NCBI GenBank assembly: GCA_963806185.1
Contig: CAWDXE010000003.1
Span: forward strand, 192,001-256,000
DNA from: an uncultured candidate division Zixibacteria bacterium
GTDB lineage: Bacteria > Zixibacteria > MSB-5A5 > GN15 > FEB-12
DNA length: 64,000 nt
Direction: 5' to 3'
A program made the position numbers and the translations under genes. The notes beneath the pieces were generated by a model, which worked only from the letters and a program-made list of their open reading frames with translations, ran no database searches and was not told where the DNA came from. This document shows, one piece after another, positions 1 through 10,614 of this stretch. Numbering within the stretch: position 1 is the stretch's first letter; every line of letters starts with the position of its first letter.

Positions 1-492
1 CCGCGTGCGCAGAGAGTCAAAATTCGTTACGGGCAGGCCGTCAATTGCAACAATGACGTCGTTTTCCTGAAGGCCGGCCTCTTTGGCCGGGCCGCTTTCC
101 ACCTGTCCCACCAGTATTTGCGTCTGGTCAAAACGGGGCTGCCCCACCATGAAAATGCCGATCAGGACGACGATGGCCAGGATATAATTCATGAACGGTC
201 CGGCGAAGATCACGGCCGCTCGCTGGCCAACCGATTTCGACATGAATTCATCGGGTGAACCGGTTACCGTTTCGTCCGGGTTTTCGCCGGCCATCTTGAC
301 GAAACCGCCAAGCGGGATAATGCCGACACAATACGTCGTCTCGCCACGGGTGAACTGGAAGATATTGGGCGGAAAGCCGAGCGAGAACTTCTCGACTTTG
401 ATCCCGACTTTTTTGGCGATCAAGAAGTGCCCCAGTTCGTGAATGAACACCAGAATCCCAAGAACAAAGATGAATGCAATTGCTGTCGTCAT
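1..492 (-). CDS. rseP: RIP metalloprotease RseP (N-terminal part; runs off the window start)
   Basis: Manual translation from ATG 492: MTTAIAFIFVLGILVFIHELGHFLIAK...IPLGGFVKM...AGPFMN, then a PDZ-like segment. HExxH motif; ATGA overlap with the dxr stop. Confidence 0.95.
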   Translation of the reverse strand, partial: MTTAIAFIFVLGILVFIHELGHFLIAKKVGIKVEKFSLGFPPNIFQFTRGETTYCVGIIPLGGFVKMAGENPDETVTGSPDEFMSKSVGQRAAVIFAGPFMNYILAIVVLIGIFMVGQPRFDQTQILVGQVESGPAKEAGLQENDVIVAIDGLPVTNFDSLRTR

Positions 493-1665
493 CGATATTT
501 CTCCACCAGTTTGCCTGCGACCGATCGGGCGGCCGCATCGGCTTCAAGAATTGTCTCCAGTTCAGGAGACGTGACAACGGACATACCGTTTAGGGTCCCT
601 TCAACAATATCGGCAATCTGGACAAATCTTGCCAGATGATCGCGAAAAGCAGCAACGGCTATTTCGTTGGCCGCGTTGTATACCGCGGGCGCCGTACCAC
701 CGGCCTTGCCGGCGGCATAGGCCAGACGTAGCATGGGGAACCGATCCATATCGGGCGGCTCGAAAGTGAGGTCTGAGAGCCTCGCCCAATCGATCTTTCC
801 GAAATCCGACTCCACTCGTTCGGGCCAAAACAGCGCGTAGGTAATAGGCAAACGCATATCGGGCAGTGAAAGTTGCGCCACGACCGATGAATCAATGAAC
901 TCTACCATCGAATGAATAATCGACTGCGGGTGGATGACTACCCGTATCTTGTCCGGCTCAAGATCAAAGAGGACCATTGCTTCGAGTAGTTCCAGCCCCT
1001 TATTGGCCAAGGTGGCAGAATCGATAGTGATCTTGGGACCCATTGTCCAGGTCGGGTGACGGAGAGCCTGCTCGACCGTTATTTCAACGAAATTTCGACT
1101 TCGGCAACGTTCGAAACGGTCCACCGCTGGAGGTGAGAATAAGCGCCCTAACCTCCCCCTCGTTGCCCGATCTTAACGCTTGCCAGATGGCTGAGTGTTC
1201 CGAGTCGATGGGGAGAATTGTGGCTCCCGATTTCTTAATCAGGTCGGGAAACAATGGCCCGCCCGCGACCAACGATTCTTTGTTCGCGATTGCAAGCGTT
1301 TTGCCGTGACGAGCCGCTTCGACGGAAGCTTTGAGACCGGCGGCGCCCACCACAGCGTTTACCACGATGTCTGCGTCAGCTAGTGCGGCCAGGCTGATGA
1401 GAGCGGATTCTCCCGCCAGAATCTCGACCGGCTTACCGGCCAGCGAGGATTCAAGTTCTTCCCGTTTTGATTCATCGACCACGCAGACGAACCGGGGCCG
1501 AAAGCAAAGATACTGTTCAATGAGGAGTTCGACATTGCCATAAGCGGCCAGGGCGAGGACGGTGAAGCGACCCGGATGGCGCACGACCACGTCGAGCGTG
1601 GATCGACCGATACTCCCGGTCGAACCGAGAATGACCAGCGAGCGAGGGCGTTGAGATTCTTGCAT
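489..1665 (-). CDS. dxr: 1-deoxy-D-xylulose 5-phosphate reductoisomerase (one frameshift near 1090)
   Basis: ILGSTGSIG, LAIANKESLV, PIDSEHSAI, SGGPFR in ORF 1084..1683; HPTWTMGPKITIDSATLANKGLE, HPQSIIHSMV, NAANE in ORF 489..1124. Removing one T from TTT at 1090-1092 joins them (SKFVEIT). Confidence 0.93.
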
Positions 1666-1827
1666 GTCCGCTTTATGAAACAATGGTTTAGGGGCCCGGT
1701 TCGGTATGGATGAGCAGAAGGGCGCTCATCGGTTCGATTTTGCTGAAACGTACCGGATTTGGCGAGCAACGCTACAAAAATTAGCAGACCCCGTCCGTGC
1801 GAACGGGGTCCGAATATGCCGAGCCAA

Positions 1828-2466
1828 TTACTTCACCGGATTGCCGGCAGCATCAGAAACGTACGCTTTCACGAGGACTATGTCCGGGAATGGCCGCGAC
1901 ATTGCCCCGGTGTTAGTGTCCGCAACCACTCTACTGTTGCCAATCTTGTGGAGTGTGTCGTAGCCCTTGATCAAGTGACCGAACACCGTGTACTGCCCGT
2001 TAAGATGCGGGGCCGCCGCCAAACAGACAAAAAACTGGCTGGAGGCGGAATTTACGTTCGGCCCGCGAGCCATCGATAAGGTTCCCTCAAGGTGCGGCAG
2101 GTCGGAAAATTCCGCTTGCAGCTTATAACCTGCGCCGCCGACCCCTGTGCCCTGGGGATCACCACCCTGAATCATGAAACCTTTCACCACGCGATGAAAT
2201 TTGGTGCTGTCGTAGAAGTGCTTCTTGGTCAGGGAGAGAAACGAGTCCGCATGCCCGGGAGCGACATCGTGGAACAGCTCGAGCACCATCTTGCCCATGG
2301 TGGTTTCCAGGGTGACAAACTGGTCAGTCTTGTTGCGAACCGGATGAACGATTTGGGCTAGACTATCATAGTTCGGCTGGGGCGCGGCAGCCTGGGCCGA
2401 GGCAGATTCATCGGCGGCCATTATCACCCCCGCGGCGATCGCCAAAGTGAGAAACAAAGAGCGCAT
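1828..2466 (-). CDS. Cyclophilin-type peptidyl-prolyl isomerase, exported
   Basis: Signal peptide; FYDSTKFHRVVKGFMIQGGDP, GTLSMAR, SQFF, HLNGQYTVFG motifs. Confidence 0.95.
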   Translation of the reverse strand: MRSLFLTLAIAAGVIMAADESASAQAAAPQPNYDSLAQIVHPVRNKTDQFVTLETTMGKMVLELFHDVAPGHADSFLSLTKKHFYDSTKFHRVVKGFMIQGGDPQGTGVGGAGYKLQAEFSDLPHLEGTLSMARGPNVNSASSQFFVCLAAAPHLNGQYTVFGHLIKGYDTLHKIGNSRVVADTNTGAMSRPFPDIVLVKAYVSDAAGNPVK

Positions 2467-2617
2467 TGCTGGAAGGTTCCTTTCTCATTATTGAAAAGCC
2501 TGCTTTCATGTTCTGGGTTTATACACTCGGACCGGCAAGGTAGACGATCCAGAAAGGACTGTCAACCTCAAGGTTCGCCGGCGTCGGGGGAGAATTTTGA
2601 GCCCAACGAAGTTTTTG

Positions 2618-2810
2618 TTGAACCCATGCCCGACAGATTTGTAATTAGAATTACACTAGAAAGGAGGTGGTCCTATTTTGAAAACAGACTACAGTGAGGT
2701 GACTGCTATTTAGCCGCTTCCTCCCATAGCGTTAGTTGGGACAGCGCTAAATAAATCCCAACAGATTGCCGGCCCGGCCACCCAGTGAAGGTGGCCGGGC
2801 TCTTTCATTT
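2618..2810 (+). ncRNA. Putative small structured transcript (extended anti-16S element, 11-codon ORF MKTDYSEVTAI, pseudoknot, terminator)
   Basis: TTGAAC-N16-TGTAAT at 2618-2645; TAGAAAGGAGGTGGTCC at 2657-2673; TTG 2678..TAG 2713; two crossing 7-bp stems at 2727-2762; terminator at 2772-2810. Confidence 0.55.
2772..2810 (+). terminator. Intrinsic terminator
   Basis: 11-bp stem GCCCGGCCACC/GGTGGCCGGGC followed by TCTTTCATTT on the + strand. Confidence 0.8.
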
Positions 2811-4199
2811 CCGTGTGAATTTCAGCGATCGAAACGACCGGGACCCGGCCTCCAGAGGAGAACCGGGAGTTGCCCCCTGCCCAACGTGAATTTCGAAGAC
2901 CAGCCGGTTGGCAGAAATGTCCGTAAAGAAGGTCAGTCCGACAGTCGGGTATATGTAGATGTACGCCGGGTTCGCCGGATCCGACCCGTCATAGGTGCCG
3001 GTCACGACACCGTACACATTCTGCACCTCGGCAATAGTTGATCCCACGCCGATACCGTCTTTCGTCTTCTTGCTGTAAATCGTATTCAGAATGATACTGT
3101 TGACCGGCTCGTCGTCCTCGGCAACGTTATTATCATTGACATCTTCGATCACTGCGACGACGCCTAAAGGACCCTCGTAGACGGCGTAGTTCAGGGGGAA
3201 AGCCGGGCGCGGATCGGGGTCAATAGAAACCGGAGTGCCGTTAAGGGCCTTCACCGTACTGAACTGATCGCCGATGAGCAAATATTGACCCTGAGGGAAA
3301 GTCCCTCCCGGGACGACGGCATCGGCGCGAATAGAGACGTCGACCGAATCGATTCCGGGTATTCTTGCCCGGATTACGGCATAGCCGAGCAGACCGGAAA
3401 ACGCATAGGTGGGATGGGCGTATCCTGTCCCATCGACCTGCGCAGAATCCGCCGACAGCGCCCCGTCACCCAAGACAATGGAAAATCGAATGTAGGGCTT
3501 CTTTAGTAGCTGCGCCTGAGCGTCGCGGACGGTGAACTGAAGAGCCGGAGTGGCAGTCGACCCACCCATCAGTCCTTTGCTGAGTACTCCGTTTGGCGCA
3601 TCGACCGTGGCAGGAATCTCGACTCGGGCCGTTACCATGGCGGTATCAGTGCCATACTGATTGTAGGCAATAGCGCGATACGACGTGGTCGTTGCCGGTT
3701 TGATGAAGCGGGTCCCGTTCACGGCGTTCGATAACTTGCCCACCCCGCCGTTTACGACAATGGAATCGGCGCGCAGTGCCTGCCACGACAGTTCCGTGGA
3801 GTCACCGATCAGGAGGGTGTCAGCCAGGAGGTCAAATTGGGTTATGCTCGGGGCCACGGCCGTCATGGTTATACTCACCGCCGCGGAATCTTTTCCGTCG
3901 GTGTTGGTCGCGACGAGCGCGTACACGGTGGGAAGCAATGGTCCAACTTTGACGGACCCGGCCGCAACATTGCTGAGAACCTGCCCTCCGGGGTAGAGTC
4001 GGACCTCGGTGGCGCGAGTGACTGCGTAGGTAAGCGTTACCGAATCGCCCGGGATGATATCACTCGGCGTGGCGGTAAAGGACGTGATGGTCGGAGGATT
4101 CTTGGCCGGCTGGGTCGGCGAATCACTGCCACTGCAATTGATGAGCGCAAGAGCCGCGGCGCAGGCAGCAGCAGAGACAATAATAGAATAGACCTTCAT
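2805..4199 (-). CDS. Lipoprotein with Ig-like beta-sandwich repeats, function unknown
   Basis: Hydrophobic leader ending ALINC; repeated 'PTITSFTA/PSITQFDL' Ig-like units; 464 aa. Confidence 0.75.
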   Translation of the reverse strand: MKVYSIIVSAAACAAALALINCSGSDSPTQPAKNPPTITSFTATPSDIIPGDSVTLTYAVTRATEVRLYPGGQVLSNVAAGSVKVGPLLPTVYALVATNTDGKDSAAVSITMTAVAPSITQFDLLADTLLIGDSTELSWQALRADSIVVNGGVGKLSNAVNGTRFIKPATTTSYRAIAYNQYGTDTAMVTARVEIPATVDAPNGVLSKGLMGGSTATPALQFTVRDAQAQLLKKPYIRFSIVLGDGALSADSAQVDGTGYAHPTYAFSGLLGYAVIRARIPGIDSVDVSIRADAVVPGGTFPQGQYLLIGDQFSTVKALNGTPVSIDPDPRPAFPLNYAVYEGPLGVVAVIEDVNDNNVAEDDEPVNSIILNTIYSKKTKDGIGVGSTIAEVQNVYGVVTGTYDGSDPANPAYIYIYPTVGLTFFTDISANRLVFEIHVGQGATPGSPLEAGSRSFRSLKFTRK

Positions 4200-4242
4200 G
4201 TGATTCCCACCATGCTGTTCGAGATTAGCGCCGGCAGTCAGA

Positions 4243-4917
4243 TTACATACGGAAGTAATACCGCAACCCGCCGCCGATTGTCAGATTCTTGGGACGATCG
4301 TTAGAGGCGAAGAGGTTCACGTTGTTGATCGACGCCAGGGTCATGAACGAGCCATCGTTGGCATTTCGCATCAGCGTAAAGTCAGCACCGAAATTGAGCC
4401 CGAGAGCACTTGAGAAATCATTTTGCGAATTGTAACCCTCAGCGGACAATGAGGCTATGCCCGCCTGAAGACCCAGACCGACATACGGCGCAAACGAGGA
4501 GACATTGAGATCGGCCAGGTAGAAGTTGAGATTGACGTCGCCTTCGTACAGGTTCAGATGGTAGTCCGTAAAATCCAAGTACTTGAGTGCGGTCAGGTCA
4601 ACGGTCTCGTTAAGGTTTGCCGTGGTGTATCGGAAACCGATGGACATGGCAAGGCGGCCCTGTGCGATGCGCCCGTAGTGGACGCCGAAACTGGGGCTGG
4701 AATTATAAAGGTCTTCGGCATCTACCGTATAATGGCGTCCGGCATCGATGAATTCAAAAGTCGGCACTCCGTTGTATTCACCCCACGGCGTGTTGTAGCC
4801 GGCGCTGAATTCGATGAAGTTCATTTGGCGAGCCGCACGAACGACAGCCTGAGATGGGACCGCGACGAGAGTAAGAAGGGCGATTAGGAAAGTAATCTGA
4901 AGCACTGACCGTCTCAT
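4243..4917 (-). CDS. Outer-membrane beta-barrel protein (OmpW/OmpA-like)
   Basis: Signal peptide; APYVGLGL strand; C-terminal GGGLRYYF barrel signature. Confidence 0.8.
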   Translation of the reverse strand: MRRSVLQITFLIALLTLVAVPSQAVVRAARQMNFIEFSAGYNTPWGEYNGVPTFEFIDAGRHYTVDAEDLYNSSPSFGVHYGRIAQGRLAMSIGFRYTTANLNETVDLTALKYLDFTDYHLNLYEGDVNLNFYLADLNVSSFAPYVGLGLQAGIASLSAEGYNSQNDFSSALGLNFGADFTLMRNANDGSFMTLASINNVNLFASNDRPKNLTIGGGLRYYFRM

Positions 4918-5185
4918 GTTGCCTCCTGGGTGTCGAATTGGCTACTGCCACAAGCTAGGATTAGTATATAGACAACGCCGGGCCGCTTGTCAATTCGTGC
5001 AAGCCTCTGTGGTACATGCTCTTTATACGCATATCGGTCGACCGGGCCGCAATTCCGACCAATTTGATTTACGAAAGTCCGAACAGTGTCGCCGGACTCA
5101 GTATTGCCGATACAATAAGTGTTGCACTTCTCTGTGATTGTGCCTATTTTCACAAGGATTAAAAGCACATTGTTGAAAGGCAATT

Positions 5186-6100
5186 ATGGCAAGACCTAAA
5201 ATAGTAGTGATCGGAGCCGGCGTAATGGGGCAGGGTCTGGCGGAGGCGATAAGCAATGCTGGCCATGAAGTTACGCTGATAGACAAGACGACCAAGCAAG
5301 CCGAACGGGGCATCAAGGGAGTGGCTGAATCGCTCGATCGGGCGATTGGCCGCTGGGGTATGACCACGTCGGACAAGAAGGCAATTTTAGCCCGAATTTT
5401 CCCTTCATCGGATCTGTCGCAGGCGGAAGAAGCTGAAATCGTCTTGGAAGCGATCCCGGAAAATCTTCAGTTGAAGCGGGCGCTTTTTGAGAAACTGGAC
5501 TCAGTCTGCGGGCCAGATGCCCTCTTCGTGACCAATACCGCGACGCTTTCCATTTCGGAGATTGCCGCGGCGACCGGGCGCCCGGAGAAAATCATCGGGA
5601 TGCATTTCCTCAATCCCGTCTCGACGATTCCCTTGGTAGAGATTGTCCGCGGGCTGAAGACCGACGAAGCGACGTTCAAAAAGGCCGTGCAGTTCGCCTC
5701 GCTCCTTGATAAGAAGTATATCACGGTGACTGAGTACCCGGGGTATGTCACGACGCGAATCATCGTCCCGCTCCTCAACGAGGCCATGCACGTATTGATG
5801 GAGGGCGTGGCGACCGCCGAGGACATCGACGAAGCGATGAAGCTGGGATTCGGCTTCAACATGGGACCGCTGGCGCTGGCTGATCACATGGGTCTCGACG
5901 TGGTCATGTCCTGGATGGAAAATCTGCTCCACGAGTTGTCGGATCACAAATACAATCCCTGTCCGCAACTGCGCAAAATGGTCAGGGCCGGACAATTGGG
6001 CGTCAAGACCGGCAAAGGTTTCTTCACCTACGATGCCGACGGCAACCGGACCCGTAACGACATCCCTAAGATTGCGGCGAAAGCAGGGGCTACGAAATGA
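5186..6100 (+). CDS. hbd: 3-hydroxybutyryl-CoA (3-hydroxyacyl-CoA) dehydrogenase
   Basis: VIGAGVMGQG Rossmann motif; EAIPE, GMHFLNPV, PGYVTTR, MGPLALAD, LGVKTGKGFF. Confidence 0.88.
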   Translation: MARPKIVVIGAGVMGQGLAEAISNAGHEVTLIDKTTKQAERGIKGVAESLDRAIGRWGMTTSDKKAILARIFPSSDLSQAEEAEIVLEAIPENLQLKRALFEKLDSVCGPDALFVTNTATLSISEIAAATGRPEKIIGMHFLNPVSTIPLVEIVRGLKTDEATFKKAVQFASLLDKKYITVTEYPGYVTTRIIVPLLNEAMHVLMEGVATAEDIDEAMKLGFGFNMGPLALADHMGLDVVMSWMENLLHELSDHKYNPCPQLRKMVRAGQLGVKTGKGFFTYDADGNRTRNDIPKIAAKAGATK

Positions 6101-7310
6101 AGATACTTGTTCTCAATTGCGGATCGTCCTCGGTCAAATATCAACTGATCGATACGGACAAGAGGATTTCCATGGCCAAAGGGCTGGTGTCGCGCATCGG
6201 CATGAGCGGATCAGTCCTCAGTCATCAGGCTCATGGAAGGCGGAAATCAAGTTGTCAGCCGAAATCCTGGATCACATCGTGGCGGTCGAATTTGTCATTT
6301 CGATCCTGGTCTCAAGTAATCACGGCGTGATCAAGGACAAGTCGGAGATAGACGCTATCGGTCATCGCGTCGTCCATGGCGGCGAGAGATTCACCGATTC
6401 GGTGTTAATCACGCCCGAGCTGATGTCCGAGATGCGGTCCCTTATCGAACTGGCGCCCCTGCACAACCCGCACAATATCCGGGGCATCAATGCCTGTCAG
6501 AAGACTCTGCCGGATGTGCCTCAGGTCGCCGTATTCGACACAGCCTTTCACTACAAAATGCCCCCTCACGCGTACATCTACGGCATTCCGTACGTCTTCT
6601 ACAAACGATATGCCATCCGCCGCTACGGCTTTCACGGAACGTCGCACCGGTACGTGAGCGATCGCGCTGCCACCATGCTGGGCAAGAAGCTCACCGATCT
6701 GAGGATCGTGACAGCGCATCTCGGCAACGGCGCCTCGGCGGCAGCGGTCGATCGGGGCATCTCGATTGATACCTCCATGGGCTTCACGCCGCTTGAAGGA
6801 TTACTGATGGGGACGCGATCAGGTGACATCGATGCGGCCGTGATCCTGCACATTATGTCGCGTGAGGAATTATCACTGAACGAAGGAAATACTCTTCTGA
6901 ATAAGCACTCCGGACTCATGGGAATATCCGGGTTGTCCTCAGATATGCGTGAAATCATCGAGGGGTCCAAGACGGGCAATGCCCAGGCGAAACTGGCACT
7001 CGACGTCTATTGTTACCGCTTGAAGAAGTATATTGCCGGCTACGCAGCAGCCATGGGCGGCATAGATGTGCTGGTGTTCACGGCCGGTGTGGGCGAAAAT
7101 TCACCGATCGTGAGATCAATGGCCTGCCAGGGCCTCGAATTCATGGGCATCAAGCTCAACGAGGACAAAAACAAACTGGGGGTTGGCAAAGAGGTTGACA
7201 TTTCCGCCGACGACGCCACGGTCCGCACGCTCTCGATTCCGACTAATGAGGAATTGGTGATCGCCCAGGACACCGAGCGAATCGTTCACGAAATGAAGAA
7301 AACCAAGTGA
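6097..7310 (+). CDS. ackA: Acetate kinase (one frameshift near 6237)
   Basis: MKILVLNCGSSSVKYQL, then GHRVVHGG, LAPLHNP, VFDTAFH, YGFHGTSH, HLGNGAS, TSMGFTPLEG, IPTNEE in the next frame. Adding one A at GGAAGG restores GKAEIK. Confidence 0.93.
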
Positions 7311-7394
7311 ATGCCGACTCGTAGGCAGGGAGCGGCCAGCCGGGCACATGGGGACCTGAGCCCCGCCTGAAATCCTGTCCAAACTCGCATCATC

Positions 7395-7433
7395 AGGCCC
7401 GCCGGTCGCAAACGCGACCGCGGGCCTCTTTTT
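7395..7433 (+). terminator. Intrinsic terminator after ackA
   Basis: AGGCCCGCCGGTCGC-AAAC-GCGACCGCGGGCCT followed by CTTTTT. Confidence 0.8.
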
Positions 7434-7522
7434 ATCACCGACCAATTGGGGCGACTTTCCCCTTGACAAATTTGGGCCTGTCCCGTCTATTCTTCCACAG
7501 ACGAACAACCTGAGGAAGACAG

Positions 7523-8665
7523 ATGAGATTTTGGATTTCGGCCGCAGTCGCGGCACTTTTGGCAATTGTGGTCATCGGATGCAGCAAAGATTCCGTCCCG
7601 AGTCCGGAACCGCCCGTGAGTACGGAACCGGCGGGCGATCTGTATGTGCTGAATCAGACTGACGGCACCATGTACGTGTACAACGCGCAGACGCTGCAGC
7701 GGACCGATTCGGTCAACAGCGTTGTCACGTCGCCGCACCACATCGAGTTCTCGCCATTGCACGACTATCTATACATTGTTGGGCGAACCACGCCAGGACA
7801 AATCGCCAAGTTCGGATTGACAGACCATGTGCTGGCCGGCTCGGTCACTCATCCCGGCACCCTCTTCCCCACGGCGATTGCGCTCGGGCCGACAGGCCAG
7901 GTGGGATATGTCTGTGACTTCAATGCCACGGGTATTACCCATATTCATCGATTGGACCTGGCGACGATGACGTTCGCCGATTCGCTTCTGCAGACCAACG
8001 GCGCGCAGACCCACGACATCAAGATCACCTCAGACGGGACGACGTTAATTGCCTGTAATTGGAAGTCGGATAATCTTGTAATGGTCAAGCTGGAGAGTTC
8101 GGCAATACCGGACGACGTCGACTCCCTCTTCTTCCCAGTCCTGCACCCGAATATTCCGGGCATTCCCAGGGCGACTCCGGTTTACGGCCCATACGGTGTG
8201 GCAATAGACCACAACGATTCGCTCGCCTATATCGCCTGTTACAACAGCGATGAAGTGAAAGTGCTGGACATCAAGACACGAACCGTGATCGACTCGATCG
8301 ACGTGCCGATCTCAGGCGGAACGCCGAACCAGCCATATGGTCCGTCTCTCGCTGTAGTCACACCGAACAATGCCAAACTGTACGTCACGACTCAGCTTGA
8401 GAATACGGTGGTGGTGATCAATCTGTTGACTCGCCAGATTGTAAAGTCAATACCGACTCCGGCCCGTCGCCCCTTCGGCATATCCGTATCCGATGACGGC
8501 TCCCGTGTGTATGTCGCGTGTGTGGGTGAAGAAGATCTCTCCGCGACCGATCGTCGCGGTCGTATCTATGTCATAAACACGACGACCGACGCGATCAAAG
8601 ACTCAATAATCGTGGGGTTGAATTCGTATATGGTTCACTATCACGATCCGTCGAGCCATCATTGA
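7523..8665 (+). CDS. YncE/YVTN-like beta-propeller lipoprotein
   Basis: Lipobox VIGC; repeated LYV/AYIAC/VYVAC blades with 'P.GI..S.DG' motifs. Confidence 0.85.
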   Translation: MRFWISAAVAALLAIVVIGCSKDSVPSPEPPVSTEPAGDLYVLNQTDGTMYVYNAQTLQRTDSVNSVVTSPHHIEFSPLHDYLYIVGRTTPGQIAKFGLTDHVLAGSVTHPGTLFPTAIALGPTGQVGYVCDFNATGITHIHRLDLATMTFADSLLQTNGAQTHDIKITSDGTTLIACNWKSDNLVMVKLESSAIPDDVDSLFFPVLHPNIPGIPRATPVYGPYGVAIDHNDSLAYIACYNSDEVKVLDIKTRTVIDSIDVPISGGTPNQPYGPSLAVVTPNNAKLYVTTQLENTVVVINLLTRQIVKSIPTPARRPFGISVSDDGSRVYVACVGEEDLSATDRRGRIYVINTTTDAIKDSIIVGLNSYMVHYHDPSSHH

Positions 8666-8691
8666 ACACCCGTCGCTGACAACGCCTGAAA

Positions 8692-9456
8692 CTACCACTC
8701 GATCCGCATTCCGTCGTCGGCCAGTTCAATATTCTTCGCTCCGCTTATCCTGCGGCGTAGCTCGGCAAGCTCCTCGTCCGATCCCAGGTGCGTCAATATG
8801 ATTGTCGTGGCCGGAGACGATTGCGCATACTCCAGCACACTGGCAAGGTCAGTATGAGTCGTCTCAATCAGGCAGATATGCTGATTCTCGAGGTATGGCT
8901 CGATTTCGTCGAACGAACCGATGTCACCCGAATAGAACAATCGCTTCCCCCCTACCTCGATCGCCAGTGAGCTGCTCATCATCTCGTTCGGCAGTTCGGC
9001 CTCGGCAATATCCTCGGCGTATTTCTCCAAGTGTGAATTCGGGATCGCGATGACCGTATACGGTTCGCGCAGTATCCCGCCCGGCATGTACCCGGTGGTC
9101 ACCAGGGAAAACGTCAAGCGCGAGGGCAGGATATACATGGCATTCAGCATGGCATTGAGCGGCTCGAGAAACTCCTCGGGGACATGAATACTGACGGGCG
9201 CCGTACGCCTCGCCAAGTGAATCATTTGAATAAAGAGCGGCAGTTCGCAGCAATGATCAGGGTGCGTGTGCGAGATAAAGATCCGATCAATTCGGGCAGG
9301 GTCGAAACCGCAACGCAGGAACGAGCCGACAGTGGAGCCGCCGCAATCGATGACAGTCAGACCCAGCGGAGTTTCGATGACGTAGCCGGCGGTGGCTCGG
9401 GCAACTTGCGGGATCCCGGAAGAGGAACCGAGAACAGTGAGGGCGTATTCGGCCAT
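8692..9456 (-). CDS. Metallo-beta-lactamase fold hydrolase, RNase Z-like
   Basis: LGSSSGIP, IDCG, SHTHPDH, YSGD, ILTHL motifs. Confidence 0.85.
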   Translation of the reverse strand: MAEYALTVLGSSSGIPQVARATAGYVIETPLGLTVIDCGGSTVGSFLRCGFDPARIDRIFISHTHPDHCCELPLFIQMIHLARRTAPVSIHVPEEFLEPLNAMLNAMYILPSRLTFSLVTTGYMPGGILREPYTVIAIPNSHLEKYAEDIAEAELPNEMMSSSLAIEVGGKRLFYSGDIGSFDEIEPYLENQHICLIETTHTDLASVLEYAQSSPATTIILTHLGSDEELAELRRRISGAKNIELADDGMRIEW

Positions 9457-9474
9457 GTTGTTAAGTCCGACCGA

Positions 9475-10503
9475 TCAAGTGAACAACTGTTCGAGACGTT
9501 CAAGCGCTTCGAGACAAGTCTCGCGGCTGACGTCCAGGTGGGTGACAAAGCGAATCCGCTTCGGCCCGAATGGAACGGCCCAAACGTTTACGGAATGCAT
9601 CTGCTTTAAATACGATTCAGCAGAGGCATCCTTGGTGATGTCAGCCAGGACGATGTTCGTCTGAACGCGAGTCATATCCACCTTGAAACAGGGGAGCTGG
9701 TTGAGTCCGTCAGCGAGAACCCGGGCGTTGGCATGGTCCTCAGCCAGACGGCCGATGTTGTTCTTGACTGCGAACAGTCCGCCGGCGGCGATAATGCCCG
9801 CCTGGCGCATGCCGCCGCCGAACAACTTGCGTTCGTGGCGCACTTGCGCGATGAATTGCCGTGAACCGACCACCATAGAGCCCACAGGCGCGCCCAGTCC
9901 TTTGGAAAGACAACATGAAATGGTATGGAATGGTCTGGTCAGTTCAGGAAGGGAAATGCCGGTTGCCACGTGCGCATTCCAGATACGTGCCCCGTCGAGG
10001 TGCAAATGGAGTCCGAGTTCGTCGCAGACGGTCCGGACCTTCCTGATTTCGTCGAGCGGCAGGATCGTGCCGCCATGGTGATTATGCGTGTTCTCGAGCG
10101 TGACGATCTTGGTCTCCGGGACGTGTACATTTTTGGCCCGGACGTTCTCGCGCACCATTTGGGCCGTTACCATGCCATAGTCGGTTGTCAGCAGATTTAC
10201 CAGGAGACCAGAATGGACAGCCGGTCCGGCACATTCATAACACACGAGATGGGATTCCCGATCGCAGAGCAGCTCCCATCCCGGTTGCGAGATGGCTTTA
10301 AGGCTGATCTGGTTGCCCATCGTACCCGAGGGCACATACACCGCCGCCTCCCGCTCAAAGAGCTTTGCGACGTAGGATTCGAGTTCAATGACGGTCGGGT
10401 CGTCACCAAACACGTCATCGCCGACTTCCGCGTTGGCCATTGCCTTCCGCATGTCCGGAGTGGGACGCGTCACCGTGTCGGAACGGAGATCAATAACTTT
10501 CAT
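9475..10503 (-). CDS. ltaE: Low-specificity L-threonine aldolase
   Basis: [55 protein letters not shown]. Confidence 0.95.
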   Translation of the reverse strand: MKVIDLRSDTVTRPTPDMRKAMANAEVGDDVFGDDPTVIELESYVAKLFEREAAVYVPSGTMGNQISLKAISQPGWELLCDRESHLVCYECAGPAVHSGLLVNLLTTDYGMVTAQMVRENVRAKNVHVPETKIVTLENTHNHHGGTILPLDEIRKVRTVCDELGLHLHLDGARIWNAHVATGISLPELTRPFHTISCCLSKGLGAPVGSMVVGSRQFIAQVRHERKLFGGGMRQAGIIAAGGLFAVKNNIGRLAEDHANARVLADGLNQLPCFKVDMTRVQTNIVLADITKDASAESYLKQMHSVNVWAVPFGPKRIRFVTHLDVSRETCLEALERLEQLFT

Positions 10504-10560
10504 AGGGAGTCAATATACGAAAAACGAGCGGGCCGGCATATGACGTTACCGAGGAAAAAG

Positions 10561-10593
10561 AAAAGCTGCCGGGGTGGGACCGAGGCAGCTTTT
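10561..10593 (-). terminator. Terminator downstream of the csp gene
   Basis: AAAAGCTGCC...GGCAGCTTTT inverted repeat with T-tracts. Confidence 0.7.
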
Positions 10594-10614
10594 CCGAATT
10601 TGGCGAGCGTGAAA

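Noticed and set aside
1084..1124. dxr as a pseudogene or programmed frameshift
   Set aside because: One extra base in a short homopolymer with all motifs intact and no slippery heptamer; best explained as sequencing error
2657..2673. 16S rRNA gene fragment on the - strand
   Set aside because: Similarity stops at GGACC; the expected continuation (AGCCGCA on +) is absent, so it is not an rRNA remnant
6230..6245. Programmed frameshift in ackA
   Set aside because: One missing A in a short run; no recoding signal seen
7311..7394. ncRNA downstream of ackA
   Set aside because: Only short GC-rich hairpins; no recognisable family or convincing extended structure
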